DNA of 64,000 nucleotides from the human T2T-CHM13v2.0 reference genome, Homo sapiens, in NCBI RefSeq assembly GCF_009914755.1, contig NC_060947.1, one strand, 5' to 3'. Positions 47,341 through 64,000 of this stretch are shown in pieces. Each line of letters begins with the position of its first letter. Position 1 is the stretch's first letter. Below the pieces are notes generated by a model, which had not been told where the DNA came from, searched no databases, and saw nothing but the letters and a program-made list of their open reading frames with translations. The translations under genes were made by a program, and so were the position numbers.

Positions 47341-47505
47341 CGAGCCTGGCTTTGGAATAAAACAAACCGTGGCATGAAACTAGGCCCTGACTTGGGAAGT
47401 CTAACATTCTTGAGCCTCAGTTTCCTCATGTATAAAAGGAGAATAATAGCAGTGCTTACCTCATATGGCTGTTATGAAATACATCTGGCATATACTGAAC
47501 AATTA

Positions 47506-47969
<464 letters not shown>

Positions 47970-48426
47970 TCATACTACTAACTTGCCCCTATTCCTGGTG
48001 TTTTTCAGATTAAAGTCAGCAGATATATCACCATAAAACAAGTCAGTCTTCATAAATATCTGTGTCCAAATACTGTTTCTCAGACTGTCATTTGCAGCCA
48101 GAATTGGCACAAGAACTCCTCTGCTGAACCTTGGATCAGAACTCGTGGTTAGAAAAATATGCCCAGTCTTCAGAGGGGAGTGGTCAGCCAGTGATGGGCT
48201 TGTGGGGGAGCCTGGGTGGGAACTGCTTTAGAGCTGAGCCTCAGATCAGATCACAGCACTGGTGCCACTGAGTTTTCTTTGGGTGTTCCACACCCTGAGC
48301 TCCTTTCAGAGTGCAAACACTCTTGAATTGGATAATAAAATCAAAATAACACACACAGGACTGAAAGCTCTGGGCACAGTGGTGAGGAAGAGGGTTATAG
48401 AGAGTGGGAAAGAAAAGTGAAAGTGG

Positions 48427-48730
<304 letters not shown>

Positions 48731-49867
48731 AAAAGTGAAGGTGGAAAGCTGGGATCACTAAAGTGAACCTGGCTGAACAACCAGCTTTTTTCAAGACTGG
48801 CCAAAAGCCAAAATCTAGAACTCTGTATACATATTCAGTTACTTTCTTTCCAAAAATTTCATCCTAAAAAATAGTTACAGAGTGGTTACCTACGCTTGAG
48901 TAAGATGTTAAAGGAGAAACTTGATACAAGATTTTTAAAAATGGCCCCATCTAGTATTAGAGTGCCTTGAAGAAAAGCACTAAAGAAGACCAAACGAAGA
49001 TATTTGAATGAGAAGAACTTCTTAAGCACAACCGCTTATGGATGTCTGGGGGCTGTATTTGAGGAATTATCCGGATTTTTTTTTTCCCAGCAAGCATATC
49101 AATACAAAGTTCTGGGACCCTTTTTTTAAGGAATTGGGCATCTGCAGAACCAAGGTAGGTGTGGACTCCTACTAGAAAGTTCCAGTACTGTCTTTCCAGG
49201 AAAATGATTCATGGGGATACAAGTTCAATTATAGTTTATTCTTTGAAGTGTGCTAGATATCAGACTAACAATTAGGGCATTATATTTGCTTCATGATAAT
49301 AAATTATTATTTACTTCATCAAACACTGTGTGATAGGATAGTCAGAAAAGCTCCTTTAAATAGTTTAAAGTGTCTAGATGCTTCTACACCTAATATGTGT
49401 ACTATGAGAGCGAGAGAAAGAGAGAAAGAGAGGAGGAGAGGGAGAAGGGAGAAGATATCATATTTTTTAAATTCATTACAGGCCAAGAGCTTATAGGATT
49501 TTTAAAATAAATTTTTTAATTGACAGATAACAATGTATGTATTTAATAAGTCTTTTCCTTTGTCACTTCCTCTGTGAAGCTGTGATATACCTTCCAGTCC
49601 TCTATCAGAGCACTTCTTTTGTATTTAATGAATTATTTATAGGTCCAGTTTACCCAGCTGCTGAGATCCTTGAGGGAAGAAGCTGGGTTTCTTTCCTCTT
49701 TCTGGCCCTAGGGCCCAGTTCTGGGTGTGACAGATAGCAGACACTCAAAATATTAAATGAAAGCATACATGAAATAAGAACATAAAATGTTTCTAGTTCT
49801 TTAGGATAAAAATAAATTATCCACCTAACAGAAAAATTGCATATCATGTTTAATTTTGAGAAGGCCA

Positions 49868-49869
<2 letters not shown>

Positions 49870-49927
<58 letters not shown>

Positions 49928-50213
49928 TTTTTAGATGGAGTCTCACTGTGTCACCCAGGCTGGAGTGTAGTGGCACAATCTCAGCTCACTGCAACCTCCA
50001 TCTCCTGGGTTGAAGTGATCCTCCCACTTCAGCCTCCCTAGTAGCTGGGACTACAGATGTGCACTATCACGCTTGGTTAATTTTTGTATTTTTAGTAGAG
50101 ACAGGGTTTCACCATGTTGGCCAGGCTGTTCTCAAACTCCTGACCTCAATGATCCACCTGCCTTGGCCTCCCAAAGTGCTGGGATTACAGATGTGAGCCA
50201 CCATGCCCCGCCC
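49870..50213 (-). mobile_element. AluS with (TA)n-expanded tail (49870-49918)
   Basis: Full dimer, ~24 TA units before poly(T). Confidence 0.92.
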
Positions 50214-50374
50214 AAAAACATTTGCATAATTTTTTTCTGAGATTAGTCAGATATTACCAAGACTACAAACTATGGCATGGCCTTTCTGTTAAAGGGCAGC
50301 TGGAGGCAAAAGTGTGTGGTGGATGAAGTCCATCATCAATTTCCCTTTTCTGTAGCTTTCAACCATGCTCTTCC

Positions 50375-51140
50375 ATCAACAAGAATTTATTGAGCACTTA
50401 GTATGTACCCAGTATTTTTGCTGGACACCACAACGAAAGATATACAAGTACACAAAAGTCAAGGAGACTAGCTTAACTGACCCCAAACAATTAGGGAGAG
50501 AGACACATGACAAAGGACTAGCTGCAGATGCTGAATCATTCAGGTGCAGATTCTAAATGCTGTAGGAAGTCAAAGGAAAGAAGAGATTGATGAGGGAGTT
50601 ATGTTCTGGGAAGGCTTCCTGAATGAAATTGAACTGAAACTGGATCCCCAAGGATGGAGAGAATTTAGCAAGTAAAGGGCAAGAGGAGATTATTTCAAAG
50701 AGGGGGATCAAGGTGAACAATGGATCAGGAAGCAGGAATGAATGTGCTGTGTGTTTGTATATGCCTTGAGCATCACGAAGTGGCTGTCCACAACAGAGTA
50801 CCTCTTTACTGGTTCAAAGTCAAGGCATGCTGAGGAGGAAGGCAGGCTATGTGTGAAGTGTAGGGAGCACCCTGGCCAAATCGCGGTGAGTTTATCAGCT
50901 CTTTCTACTTCTGTTTTCTATTGTACCTTTGTGTTATCTGTCTTCTGATAGTACAGGAAGATGAGTATAGTGGTTATTAAGTTTTTCACTACAGTAAGGT
51001 TCCTCGTCAGAGGCAGCTCCCTCCCTCAACGCCATGGTGAGCTTGCCGAACACGGGAGGAGATAGGACTGGTTAGAGCTTGAGTTTGGAGAGGTGAGTAG
51101 GGGCCAGATTAGAAAAAGCTCAATATGTTATCAGTAGAGT
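50375..51140 (-). mobile_element. L2 3' fragment, interrupted at ~50757-51060
   Basis: atcaacaagaatttattgagcacttagtatgtacccag; ggaaggcttcctgaatgaaattgaactg; ggagaggtgagtaggggccagat. Confidence 0.6.
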
Positions 51141-51357
51141 TTAGGTGATAGTAATACGTTTTTATGATGTTTTACACCTTACCAGAGTGCTTTCCTGTCA
51201 TTTGTCTCCATTTATTCTCAGGAGAACCCTATAAAGTAGGCAGGGATGACATTTCTATTCCTTTTTTTAACAGATGAGGAAGCTGATCCAGACCAGGAAG
51301 TTTCCAGGTCTGGGTTCAGTGCAGTAGAGAAGTGCAGAGGCCAACATATAGATAGCT

Positions 51358-51683
<326 letters not shown>

Positions 51684-52091
51684 TTAATATGCAATATAAT
51701 TACAGCTCCCTCAAAGAAATGGGGTCCCTGAGCTTTGGTATCTGGGGGCTTAGGATGGGCATAGGAGGAACAACATTTGCCTCGAACTGCAGTGTGTAGT
51801 GCTAAGATGGCCAAATTGAGAGGCAACATTCTTGGGTGGTACCAACTTGAAGCCAGTCATCCAAAGGAGGCATCAATGCAGACAAGCTAGGCAGAGAGGG
51901 AGAATCTGGAGGTGAGCCAATAGGATCAAAACCAGGAAGACCAGACAAGAAAAGGAATGTTTCAACAGAAGGATGAAAGGCAGAACATGGAGATACTCTC
52001 TAAGCTATGGAGGGGAGCTAAAATAGTCATTGCAAAAATCCTTGTGGTCTTTGTTGTTTGTGGTGAGGTATCATTAAAAATTCTGATGGAG

Positions 52092-52538
<447 letters not shown>

Positions 52539-52867
52539 TTACATTTTTCAGGAGCTTGAATTGAAAGTTCTAGCCTTGCAGACATCTCCAGGGAGGCCTG
52601 AGGTGCTTGAGGGGGAGGGGACTCCATGTCGTGTGCTAGACCTGAATTCCTGAAACCCGAGCATTATCAAGGAACCTCCCAATAAAGCTTACACATTTGT
52701 ATAACTACCCTGGCTGGCTTCCCATATCCACCATCCTCTGTGTTTATGTGAATTGCTAGGCCAAATAGCAACAATAATAAAAACAACTTTTTTAGTGAAT
52801 TTAGGCTCCTGGGTGTGTCCAAGCCTTTGCTGAGTCCCACCCCATTTTGTATCCTGGTCCTCAGTCT

Positions 52868-53219
<352 letters not shown>

Positions 53220-53899
53220 TAGGTTCCTTCCTTTTTACTAAAGTAATGATAGTCTCGGGGACTCATGGTGACTCCATGGAATCAACTCTGATTCACAGAC
53301 ATAAGGCATCCCAGTTAAAGAAACCAGTAATCCATGAGGCCATCATTAAGATGGGTGTGTATCTAGCATCCCATTAGTTGTGCTGTCCATGACACACTGT
53401 TCCTGCTTCCTTTTGGTCTTTGTCTTCTTCTGCCTTGAATCCCATGAGATGACTTTGTCATGGAAAAATAAAATCCTATATTTCATGCCACTTTTCTGCC
53501 AACCACATTGCTGGTGCCCCTAGCAAATACTACCTCATGTAATAGCCCTAAGCTAAAGGTCTTAGGCAAGTCCCCAGTTTATGATAAAATGTTTTCAGGT
53601 GTGAAAGTGGCAATGGCACTTCTCCATCACCACTGTGATTCGGCAGTAGAACTGAGACTAAGATGGCTTTGACTTACTATGCAAGTTTATTCTCACACAA
53701 TGTGTGGAAAGGTTTCCTCAGTTCTTCTACCACCCCCATGGGTAATCTGCTGCTCTCTCTGAGCCTCGCCTTCTTGGATCAGCTCTGGGAGATTCAGTTC
53801 CTTACACAATTCAACCATGGAGACCATATAACCTCATCCTTAGCAGCAGGTGGTTAAAAGGAGATGCTTTCAGGTTTTGGAACAAGACCTCTTACCAGC

Positions 53900-54162
53900 C
53901 ATAATGATGTTTTTGTTGTTTCTCGAACATCCTATACTCCTACTCACCCATGGAGCCTTTGCACTTGCTAGTCTCTTGATCTGAAATACTCTTTCCTTCT
54001 ATCTTCACATGGCTAGCTTCTTATCTTCATTCAGGTCTCTGCTCAGAGAGGCCTTCTTTGACTACCCAAATTAACATAGCCTTCCCCCCATCACATCCTC
54101 ACTGTCTTTGTACTTACCTCCCTTAACTTTCTTTCACAACACAGCACCTCAACCTTATATAT

Positions 54163-54197
<35 letters not shown>

Positions 54198-54370
54198 CAC
54201 ACACACATATATATATATATATATTTCTTTTTTGGTCCTTGTTCATGGTCTGACTATACAATACAATATAAGTTATGTGAGGTCAGGAACTTTGTCATGT
54301 ATGAACTGTTCCCAGCACCCAGAATGGTGCCTGGCACATAGTAGGCATTTAATACATTTGGCAAGAATGT
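53900..54370 (+). mobile_element. L2a 3' end with internal (CA)/(TA) repeat 54156-54222
   Basis: gcctttgcacttgct...ctcagagaggccttctttgactacc...cccagcacccagaatggtgcctggcacatagtaggcatttaatacatttg. Confidence 0.8.
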
Positions 54371-56399
54371 TCTAAATTTACAGTTATTATTATAATTATT
54401 TTTATCATTGTTATCAACCAGGCTGAAAAGAAGGTACTAAGGAATGGAAGTCACAGTGAGATTCTCCCCATCACCACTGACTGCTATCTCCCATCCCTGA
54501 GGACCATGAGGAAGAAAAAACAAAAACAAAAAATTTGAGCCCCATATAGTAGCTTCGGGTTGTCACATGCAGGCCGAAATAGAATTCTTAGAGTTATGGA
54601 TGCCCACCTTCCTCCATGGGACTCACTGGGACGCTGCCTCCCCAACCCTGTGAACCAGCTACTTCTACCATGCTTCAATCACTCCCTTCAAATCATCTGG
54701 AATTCACACTGACTGCTTAACCAATTCACCTGTAAACTCAACCCTTTCCTAAAACAGTCTTTTCATGACTTAGCCTTAAGTGAAACCTAGTTCCTCAGTA
54801 AAGAGACCATCATTCCAGCTGCTTCTTGAGCTGCCTACACGTCATGTTCCCACACTTCATGGGCCAGCAGGGCTAGTTTTTTCCTCACTCTCCAAACCCA
54901 TTTACAGCTCCTCCACCCTCTTTTAAGCAAAGACAAGACTCAAAACCAACAACAACAAAAAACAAGGCCCAAAATTTCTGCTCCTTTGGAGACGTATGCC
55001 TCAGTTGAACTGCTCTTTAACCTTCCCTGTCACCATCATCTATGGGTCTCCTAGACTTACCTCTGTATTGATGAAACACTTTGGCAGTAGGCCCACTCTT
55101 TCCCCATGCCAAGTCTTACCACACATTCTGGGCAAAGTCAACAGCTTATGTGAGCAACCTATCTGACACCTTAATCTTGAAGCTGCTTGACTTCCACCTC
55201 AGCCACCCTCATCTCCTATCTCACCTCGTAATTTTTTAGCACCCCAGAATTGTTCCATCTCTAAGACCACGACTTCTGACATTCCTTTCTGACCACAACT
55301 TCCTAGCCCTTTAGTTTGCATAGTCAGTCCCTGCCACTCCCACTACCCCCAACCCCCGACCCCACTGCCTCATCCCTCTACTTTCCCCTATTTTGACTTT
55401 CTTCTCCTTCCATCTTGCATAACATGGCTCTTCTTTTGCTCTTTTGTCAATATTCTTCACAACCAGTGAGCCTCCCCCCACCTCTTCTTCCCCCTACACA
55501 AAATATAAGGGAGCATACATTCTCTGGTGCCAAACCCACACTTGTATGATCCTAAGAATGAGTGCCTCCTTACATTCTGTGCCAGGGAAGGGGGGTGTGG
55601 GAAGGAGGCTCAATCAACTCAACCTACTGTCTAGGAAATCCTCAAATCTGGATTAACTCAAATTATCTGCTTTTTTTTTTTTAATACCTTTCCTGGGGTA
55701 GCTGAGCACTACCAGAAAAAGTCACACAACAAGATAAATTCATTCCACTGCGCATTCATGATTGTTCACCTCAAGTGGTCCTTAAACCTAGCCTAGTAAT
55801 TCACTCATTGCCACACACTGTACAATAACTATTTTAAATCTTTTCCACTTTCCTCAAACCTTTGACCCTGCTACCTACTTCCATCTCCACTCTTAGACAA
55901 CGACTCAGGTCTCTTCTTAGGGAAAATAGAAGTCATCAGATACAACTTACTTCAATCTCCTCCACCACATTTATAATCCTAGCTGCATCCTTTTTCTATG
56001 TCAGATGAGGTATCATCTTGCCATGATCTACTTGCCTTCCTGCTGCCTTTTCTGGCATCTTGCCTGATTTAGTAATATCCTGTCTTTCTTCCTCTATTGA
56101 AAATCTCTTCCCTACTATCAACTTCTCATCAGCATTTAAACATGCACCCATCTTTAAAATACATCTTTCTTTGGTCACATGTCTCCCTGCCAGACTACTG
56201 CCCTGTATCTCTCTTGACCTTCACAACTAAACACCTTTAAAACAGTTCCCACATTTTCTCATTAACACTCCTCCATCCACCACAATATTTTTTTCTGTTT
56301 CCTTACTCCTCCCATCATGAAACTGCTCTCACTAGTGATCTCTTTGTTGCTAAAGCTAATGGAAACTTTCAAGCATTCAATTACCCAACTGTTTAGTAG

Positions 56400-56781
<382 letters not shown>

Positions 56782-56949
56782 TGTATTTTTTCATTTTTCT
56801 CTGGATGTTCTTTTTTCAGTCTTTGTGTTGGATTTTTCTCCATCTGCCCCAAATATTTTCATCCACTCAGTCTTTTACTGGATATCTCTACTTGGATGTC
56901 TTACAGGCAACTCCAACTCAGTATGTTCAAAATTGAACTCATCTCCCTC

Positions 56950-56951
<2 letters not shown>

Positions 56952-56993
<42 letters not shown>
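56952..56993. repeat. (CA)n microsatellite
   Basis: Direct read. Confidence 0.95.
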
Positions 56994-56994
<1 letters not shown>

Positions 56995-57416
56995 AGCTTC
57001 TGTGCAGTGTTCTCTATTTAGGTTAATGTCATCAAATAGCAAATCTAGAAACCTGAGACATCTTTTCAACGTTGGCTCTGCTTTTCTCTCTTTCTTTTCA
57101 TAGCTGGGTAATCAATAAGTCATGTTGCTCTAGCCTAAACCAGTCTTATCAACATTTTCTCAAGGGCACACTTATCAGAACCTGGTTCTCTCTAACCAGC
57201 TGCAAGGAGCTTAGAAAAGGATGGTTCTGGAAAGCAATGACCAGTCAAAGTACCCCGGCTGACCCAAGATTAGCCCAGTAACCTCAAGGACATGATGAGA
57301 TCAGTAACCTCAGCATGCATGTAACTCTTATATAAGATAAGGAAGCTACTCAGTGTGTGGTCTATGCACTAACAGCACCTATATCACTCAAGAGCTTATT
57401 AGAAATGCAGAATTTC

Positions 57417-57765
57417 TTTTTTTAAAATTATACTTTAAGTTCTGGGATACATGTGCAGAACGTGCAGGTTTGTTACATAGGTACACATGTGCCATGGTGG
57501 TTTGCTGCACCCATCAACCCGTCATCTACATTAAGTATTTCTCCTAATGCTCTCCCTCCCCTTGCCCCCCACCCCCCGACAGGCCCTGGTGTGTGATGTT
57601 CCCCTCCCTGTGTCCATATGTTCTCATTGTTCAACTCCCACTTATGAATGAGAACATGCGGTGTTTGGTTTTCTGTTCCTGTGTTAGTTTGCTGAGAATG
57701 ATGATTTCCAGCTTCATCCATGTCCCTGCAAAGGACATGAACTCATTCTTTTTTATGGTTGAAGA
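57417..57765 (-). mobile_element. 5'-truncated L1PA7-like inserted in a MER5A-like MITE (57340-57830)
   Basis: L1 3' UTR; TSD atgcagaatttc 57405-57416 / 57766-57777; flanks gagcttattagaaatgcagaat / tgaatcagaatctgcatttt. Confidence 0.9.
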
Positions 57766-58003
57766 TGCAGAATTTCAATCCAGTGTACTTCCTACTACCA
57801 ATTGAATCAGAATCTGCATTTTAGAAGATTGGTAGGAAAAAGAGAGGGCAAGGCTTGGACTTACATGTCTGGGGCAGAGCCTGGAGGTGTTTGGGAAACT
57901 CTGGACAAAAGCATTTCATTTTCACGTAATATATTTACCCATCTTAAAAATTTACATTTTAAAAATGTACTTTTACATTTACAATTAAAAGTGATTGGCC
58001 GGA

Positions 58004-58648
<645 letters not shown>

Positions 58649-59254
58649 TCAATTATGTGATTTTTGCTTTTGTGGCTACAGTTAGAGAATCTAGTATAGG
58701 CAGAGGATGCTTTTACGGTATGACGTATGACATGCTCAGGCAATGCTCAGGCAGACATTGCAGTGTTTATTATTATACGTTAACGTAGAGTAAAGTTGAC
58801 TTTTCAATGAGGTTTTCAAAATAGTTGAGCCCATTTTCATTTAGGTGGCTGTAACTTTACCATCTACCTTTGCATAGTGCTTAATAATTGGCAGAGTTTA
58901 GAACTTCATTGGTCTCATAAAAGCTCCTTAAGGTGAGTACTTCAAGTTTTATTGCCACCTTTCACAGAGGAAGAAACTGAGTCTTTGGGAGTTCGAAGAA
59001 ATGTATTTTCCTCATGATTACTTGGCCTATCAGAACCTGAGACTGGGATCTGATCATCCTCTCTCCCAACATCCATCACAAGTATTGCTATTGTGGATGT
59101 TATAGTAATTATTGGGTCTAGGTCAGTTCTGCAAATGTGTGTCACTTCACTGAGATGATACTGAAAATTGTGGTTTCACAGGGTAAAATAGGGGTAAGAA
59201 TCCCTGCTTATGCTCTTCTCTTAGATATGAGAAGCATGCAAAGCCCTTCAACAT

Positions 59255-59485
59255 CAAGCGTGCATTCTTAATAGGGTGATATAATCTCCAAAGTGGGAAG
59301 AATATTGGTTCTTGGGTGACAGAAAATTTCGATTTATACAAAGCACAGATATACATACAGTACATAAACAGATATAGAGTATATCTGTGGTATTAAAATT
59401 TCAAAAGGGGGCAATTAGGAAAAAAGGTCTAAAAAGACTCCTGGAGGTGGGAGAGCAATAAGGAAAATGAAGGTTGAGGGACTGA
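59255..59485. mobile_element. hAT-Charlie MITE (MER112-like)
   Basis: acaaagcacagatatacatacagtacataaacagatatagagtatatctgtggtattaaaatttc. Confidence 0.65.
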
Positions 59486-60950
59486 CATAGAGAGCTAGAG
59501 GAGCTCTGTCTTTCAGAAATGCTTCAGAAAGACCCAATGTAAGTCAGTACTTTATATAACTTAGTTAGCCCCATCACGCCTTTGAGACATAGTTGCTATG
59601 AAGAACATAAGCAGGGAAGTGGTGCCGCAGAGTGCCAAAAAGAATCAGATATGGATTCAATATTTTCTGTCCTACAGCTACAGATTTCACACTGGGCAAA
59701 TCATTCCAGGCCTGGCTAAAGGACCAAGGCTAAGGGCTCAGGTCTGAGGAAGGTTGCCTGGTATTCAATCCTAGCTCTGACATCTACCATATGGGGTCCT
59801 TGAGGTTGGGCAAAATGTTGGGCCGCCCTGAGTCTCACTTTGCTCATCTACAAATGTGGCTCTTTAAAGTACCTACCTCCTAGGGTTCTTGTGAGAATCC
59901 AGTGAGTTGATGTCTGACAAGATAGTAAAGCAGTGTCTGGTACTTGGTAGCTACTGTCTAAGGGAGCATTGCCTGGTGCATTGTAACTACTACCCAAGTA
60001 GTTGTTAAGTAAATGAACAGTCTAGGGAAGCCATTCTCCCACTGAGCACATTTTATGCCTGCTATATTCAAGGCACTGATACATGTGTGAGGTACATGCA
60101 GACATGTCAGAAGTAGACCCTACCTTCAGGGACTCTACTGTCTTTCAGGTGAAGCAATAAGAGTATGGAATAACCAGGACAGAAAGTAGTGCATGTATAG
60201 TCAGAGTCATGAGTGGTAACTAGTACTTTATAAATACAGACAGGGAAGACATCATGTACAGCAGGGATGATGGAGAAATCCTCCACTAAAGAAGAAGGAT
60301 TTCATTTGGGTCTTAAGGAAGGCATTAGATATTAAGGTATATGGTAATTGCTGGAAATGTGGTGGCAAAATATTAGCAGAGTGGAGAATATGTAAAAAGG
60401 CTTGGAGGAGGGAAAGCCCAATGTAGGTTTAGGAGAAGGTGATTAATCCACCTTCACTAACGCATAAGGTTTGACGGTGGGAGTAGGATATAAATCCAGG
60501 GGTGAAGACAGGAGCCAATAATGCTTTCTGTAATGCTTTGATAGTAATTTCTCCTAGATAGAATGCAAGCATTAGGACATCAGGGTCTGTGTCTGTCTTG
60601 CTCTGTGCTTTATCCCCAGTGCCTAGCACAGTACTTAGCAAAGAGTAGAGTCTCAGTAAGAATATGTTAAAAAATGAATAAATTAAAGAAACAAATAGGT
60701 TTCAAGAAAAGAATTTTCTAAAAAAAGATTTGGAATCATTGTGTCAATAGAGAGAAGCTGCTGAAGGAGACAAAGATGTAAGATTAAATGTCATGGAAGT
60801 TGGTCAGGTCTTTGGCCATCGATACACATGCATCAAAGAACAGAAGAATGTGAATATCCATTGCACAGGAACCTGAGTCCAAAATGAGTTTCTTAACCAA
60901 AATCCACAAGTCAGAAGTAAAGGAAAGTTGGAGGAGACAAATGTGGACAA

Positions 60951-61337
60951 TGTATTACTCCACTTTCTATTGCTAGAACTGAATACCACAGACTGGGTAA
61001 TTTATAAAGAATACAGGTTTGTTTAGCTCATAATCCTAGAGATTGGAAAGTCCAAGATCAAGGGGCCAGTGCCTGGTGAGGGCTTTCTTGCCACATCATA
61101 ACATGATGGAGGACATCACATGGTGAGAAAGCAACAGTGTGCCAGCTCAGGTCTCTCTTCCTCTTCTTATAAAACCACCAACCCCACCTTTGACTGCAGG
61201 GTGAGGGGGTGGGGCTCAACCTGATGACCTTATCTAGCCCTAATTTGGAGGTTCCACCTCCAAATGCCATCAGCATATGAATTTGAAGACTTAGTTTCCA
61301 ACACATAAAATTCAGGGGGCACATTCAAGCCACAGCA
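60951..61337 (-). mobile_element. MaLR solo LTR (MSTC/MSTD-like)
   Basis: TG...CA termini, 5-bp TSD gacaa/gacag; taccacagactgggtaatttataaaga...tccaagatcaagg. Confidence 0.85.
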
Positions 61338-62310
61338 GACAGGCAGCTGTCTCTGAGATAATTGAGCTGCTGAAGGCCTTTTTTTCTCTGCAGCACATAG
61401 GGGTAGGGTTGGTAGGGGGACAGTGCAGGCCTCAAAGACATTGGTGGGCATAGGACTGATTTTTCTGCGTGGAGGCAGCAGGAATTGAAATCTAGGAATC
61501 TGGAAGTCCTCAATAAAGCTTGGGGCCAGGCCAGAGGGCCTTCTTAGAGAGTGATGTGCATGGGCCTAGTGGTGACCCCAGCAAAGTCCACCACCATCAG
61601 GCCACCAGACACATGCTGGCCTGAAGACATGGAGCAATACACTGGGTGTTCAGTAGTGTTTGGATTCTGAAGATGAAAGACTGGGCAGAGAGCATTCTGC
61701 CTTTGAGTACATTGCTGTCCCTGTTGTTTCTTGACCTGGTAACAAGAAGGTTCCTAATGTATCATCATGTCTGAAGTTGGAGTTATAAACACATTGTATA
61801 CCAGAATTTTATGTAGCCTGCTGGGAACTTGAAATGACCACATAGACAGGTGCTCTGGAGGCAGAAACAGACCAGATTTGTGTCCCAGTTCTTCCACCTC
61901 CTAGTTCTTACCTCTGGGACCTTGGGCCAGGCCCTGAGTCATTCTTGCCTCAGTTTCTTCACGTATAAAATGGCATCTATCTCATAGGCTTCTTGGGAGG
62001 ATTAAATGAAGTAATGTTTGGAGTATGCTTGGCACATAGTGATTAAGATCTGACCTCAATTCACAAACCTCCAAGAAAGCTGGTCTCCAGGACAAAAAGG
62101 ACAGGTCCACTAAGCCTTATCTGAAATCCCATGAATAGCGCAAAAGCACCATTTATAAAAGGGAAACTATAAACTATACCTCATTAAAATCAGGACATGC
62201 AAAAAAGGTGAAAAGACTATGAGAAAATATTCACAAACCATATATCTGACAAAAGACTAGGACCTAAAATATTAAAAAAAAACTTGCAAACTCAAGAAAC
62301 AAATAATTTA

Positions 62311-62538
<228 letters not shown>

Positions 62539-62864
62539 GCAAAAAAATTTTAAATGGTGTTCCACATCAATACCTCAACATAAGGAAAATGCAGATTAAA
62601 ACTACAATGGGATGTCACTATACAGCTATCAAAGAGAATGGTTGAAATGAAAAGTAGTGATAATAACAAATGCTGCTGAGGGTATGGAGAAACAGAATCA
62701 CTCATACATTGCTGTGGGAATGTGAAATGGTAGAGTCACTCTGGAAAATCATTTCTTTAAAAAGTGAACATGCAACTGCTGTATGACTGACAATTGCACT
62801 ACTGAGCATTTGTCCCAGAAAATGAAGACTTGTGCTCATGCAAAATTGTGTACATGAATATTCA

Positions 62865-63203
<339 letters not shown>

Positions 63204-63432
63204 AAGGGAAAACAAAACAAAACTTGGAAACAGCTCATATGTCTTATAGTAGGTGAATGGTTAGAGAAAAATACTGTGGTATATCCACCACCACAGATAT
63301 GACCCAGCCATGAAAATTAGTGAACTGTTAGTACACACAACAGTCTAGATGGCTCTTCAGGGAATTATGCTGAATAAAAAGAGCCAATCCATAAGGTTAC
63401 AGACAGTAGGATTCCCTTTATATAATATTCTT

Positions 63433-63575
63433 TTTTATTATTTATTTCTTTATTTATTTTAAACTTTTATTTTAGGTTCAGGGGTACATGTGCAGGTTTG
63501 TTATATAGGCAAACTCATATCGCAGGGGTTTGTTGTACAGATTATTTCGTCACCCAGGCACTAAGCCTATTACCC
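63433..63575 (-). mobile_element. Short L1PA15/16-like 3' end
   Basis: ttttaggttcaggggtacatgtgcaggtttgttatataggcaaactc. Confidence 0.85.
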
Positions 63576-63582
63576 TATATAA

Positions 63583-63881
<299 letters not shown>

Positions 63882-64000
63882 CTATAATATTCTTGTAATG
63901 ACAAAATTATAGAACTGGCAAACAGATTAGTGATTACCAGGGATTAGGGATGGGTGCTGGGGTCTGGGAGGGAGGTACATGTGATTATAAAAGGAAAAAT

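Noticed and set aside
57405-57445. cagaatttct before an L1PA7 3' end resembles the tag at 13798-13810, suggesting a local source for that transduction
   Set aside because: Match is only ~10 nt, sequences diverge beyond it, and this L1 is 5'-truncated so could not be a donor

Overview
Primate (human-like) genomic DNA, mostly interspersed repeats: L1 of many ages, about 28 Alus, MIR/L2, ERV1/ERVL/MaLR LTRs and hAT/mariner MITEs. Two non-repeat items stand out. (1) A compact two-exon gene at 7244-7917 (+) that the ORF track misses because exon 1 is short. It has a strong Kozak ATG, a 188-nt GT-AG intron with branch point, and an AATAAA. It encodes a 161-aa, very lysine-rich protein resembling the spermatid nuclear protein group (CXorf51 / transition protein 3-4 / CYPT). 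(2) An HNRNPA3 processed pseudogene at 22228-23810. It shares its 15-bp target-site duplication (TSD) with an oppositely oriented L1 and abuts a third L1 insertion, so three retrotranspositions fall inside a ~38-bp empty site. Also seen: two short L1 3' transductions, a twin-primed young L1 with a large junction deletion, a 145-bp locally templated duplication inside a MIR, and a CTCF/GC-box/CCAAT cluster near 47.1-47.3 kb. Repeat subfamily names and protein-family similarity come from recall of consensus sequences, not from a search. Boundaries of old repeats are approximate.
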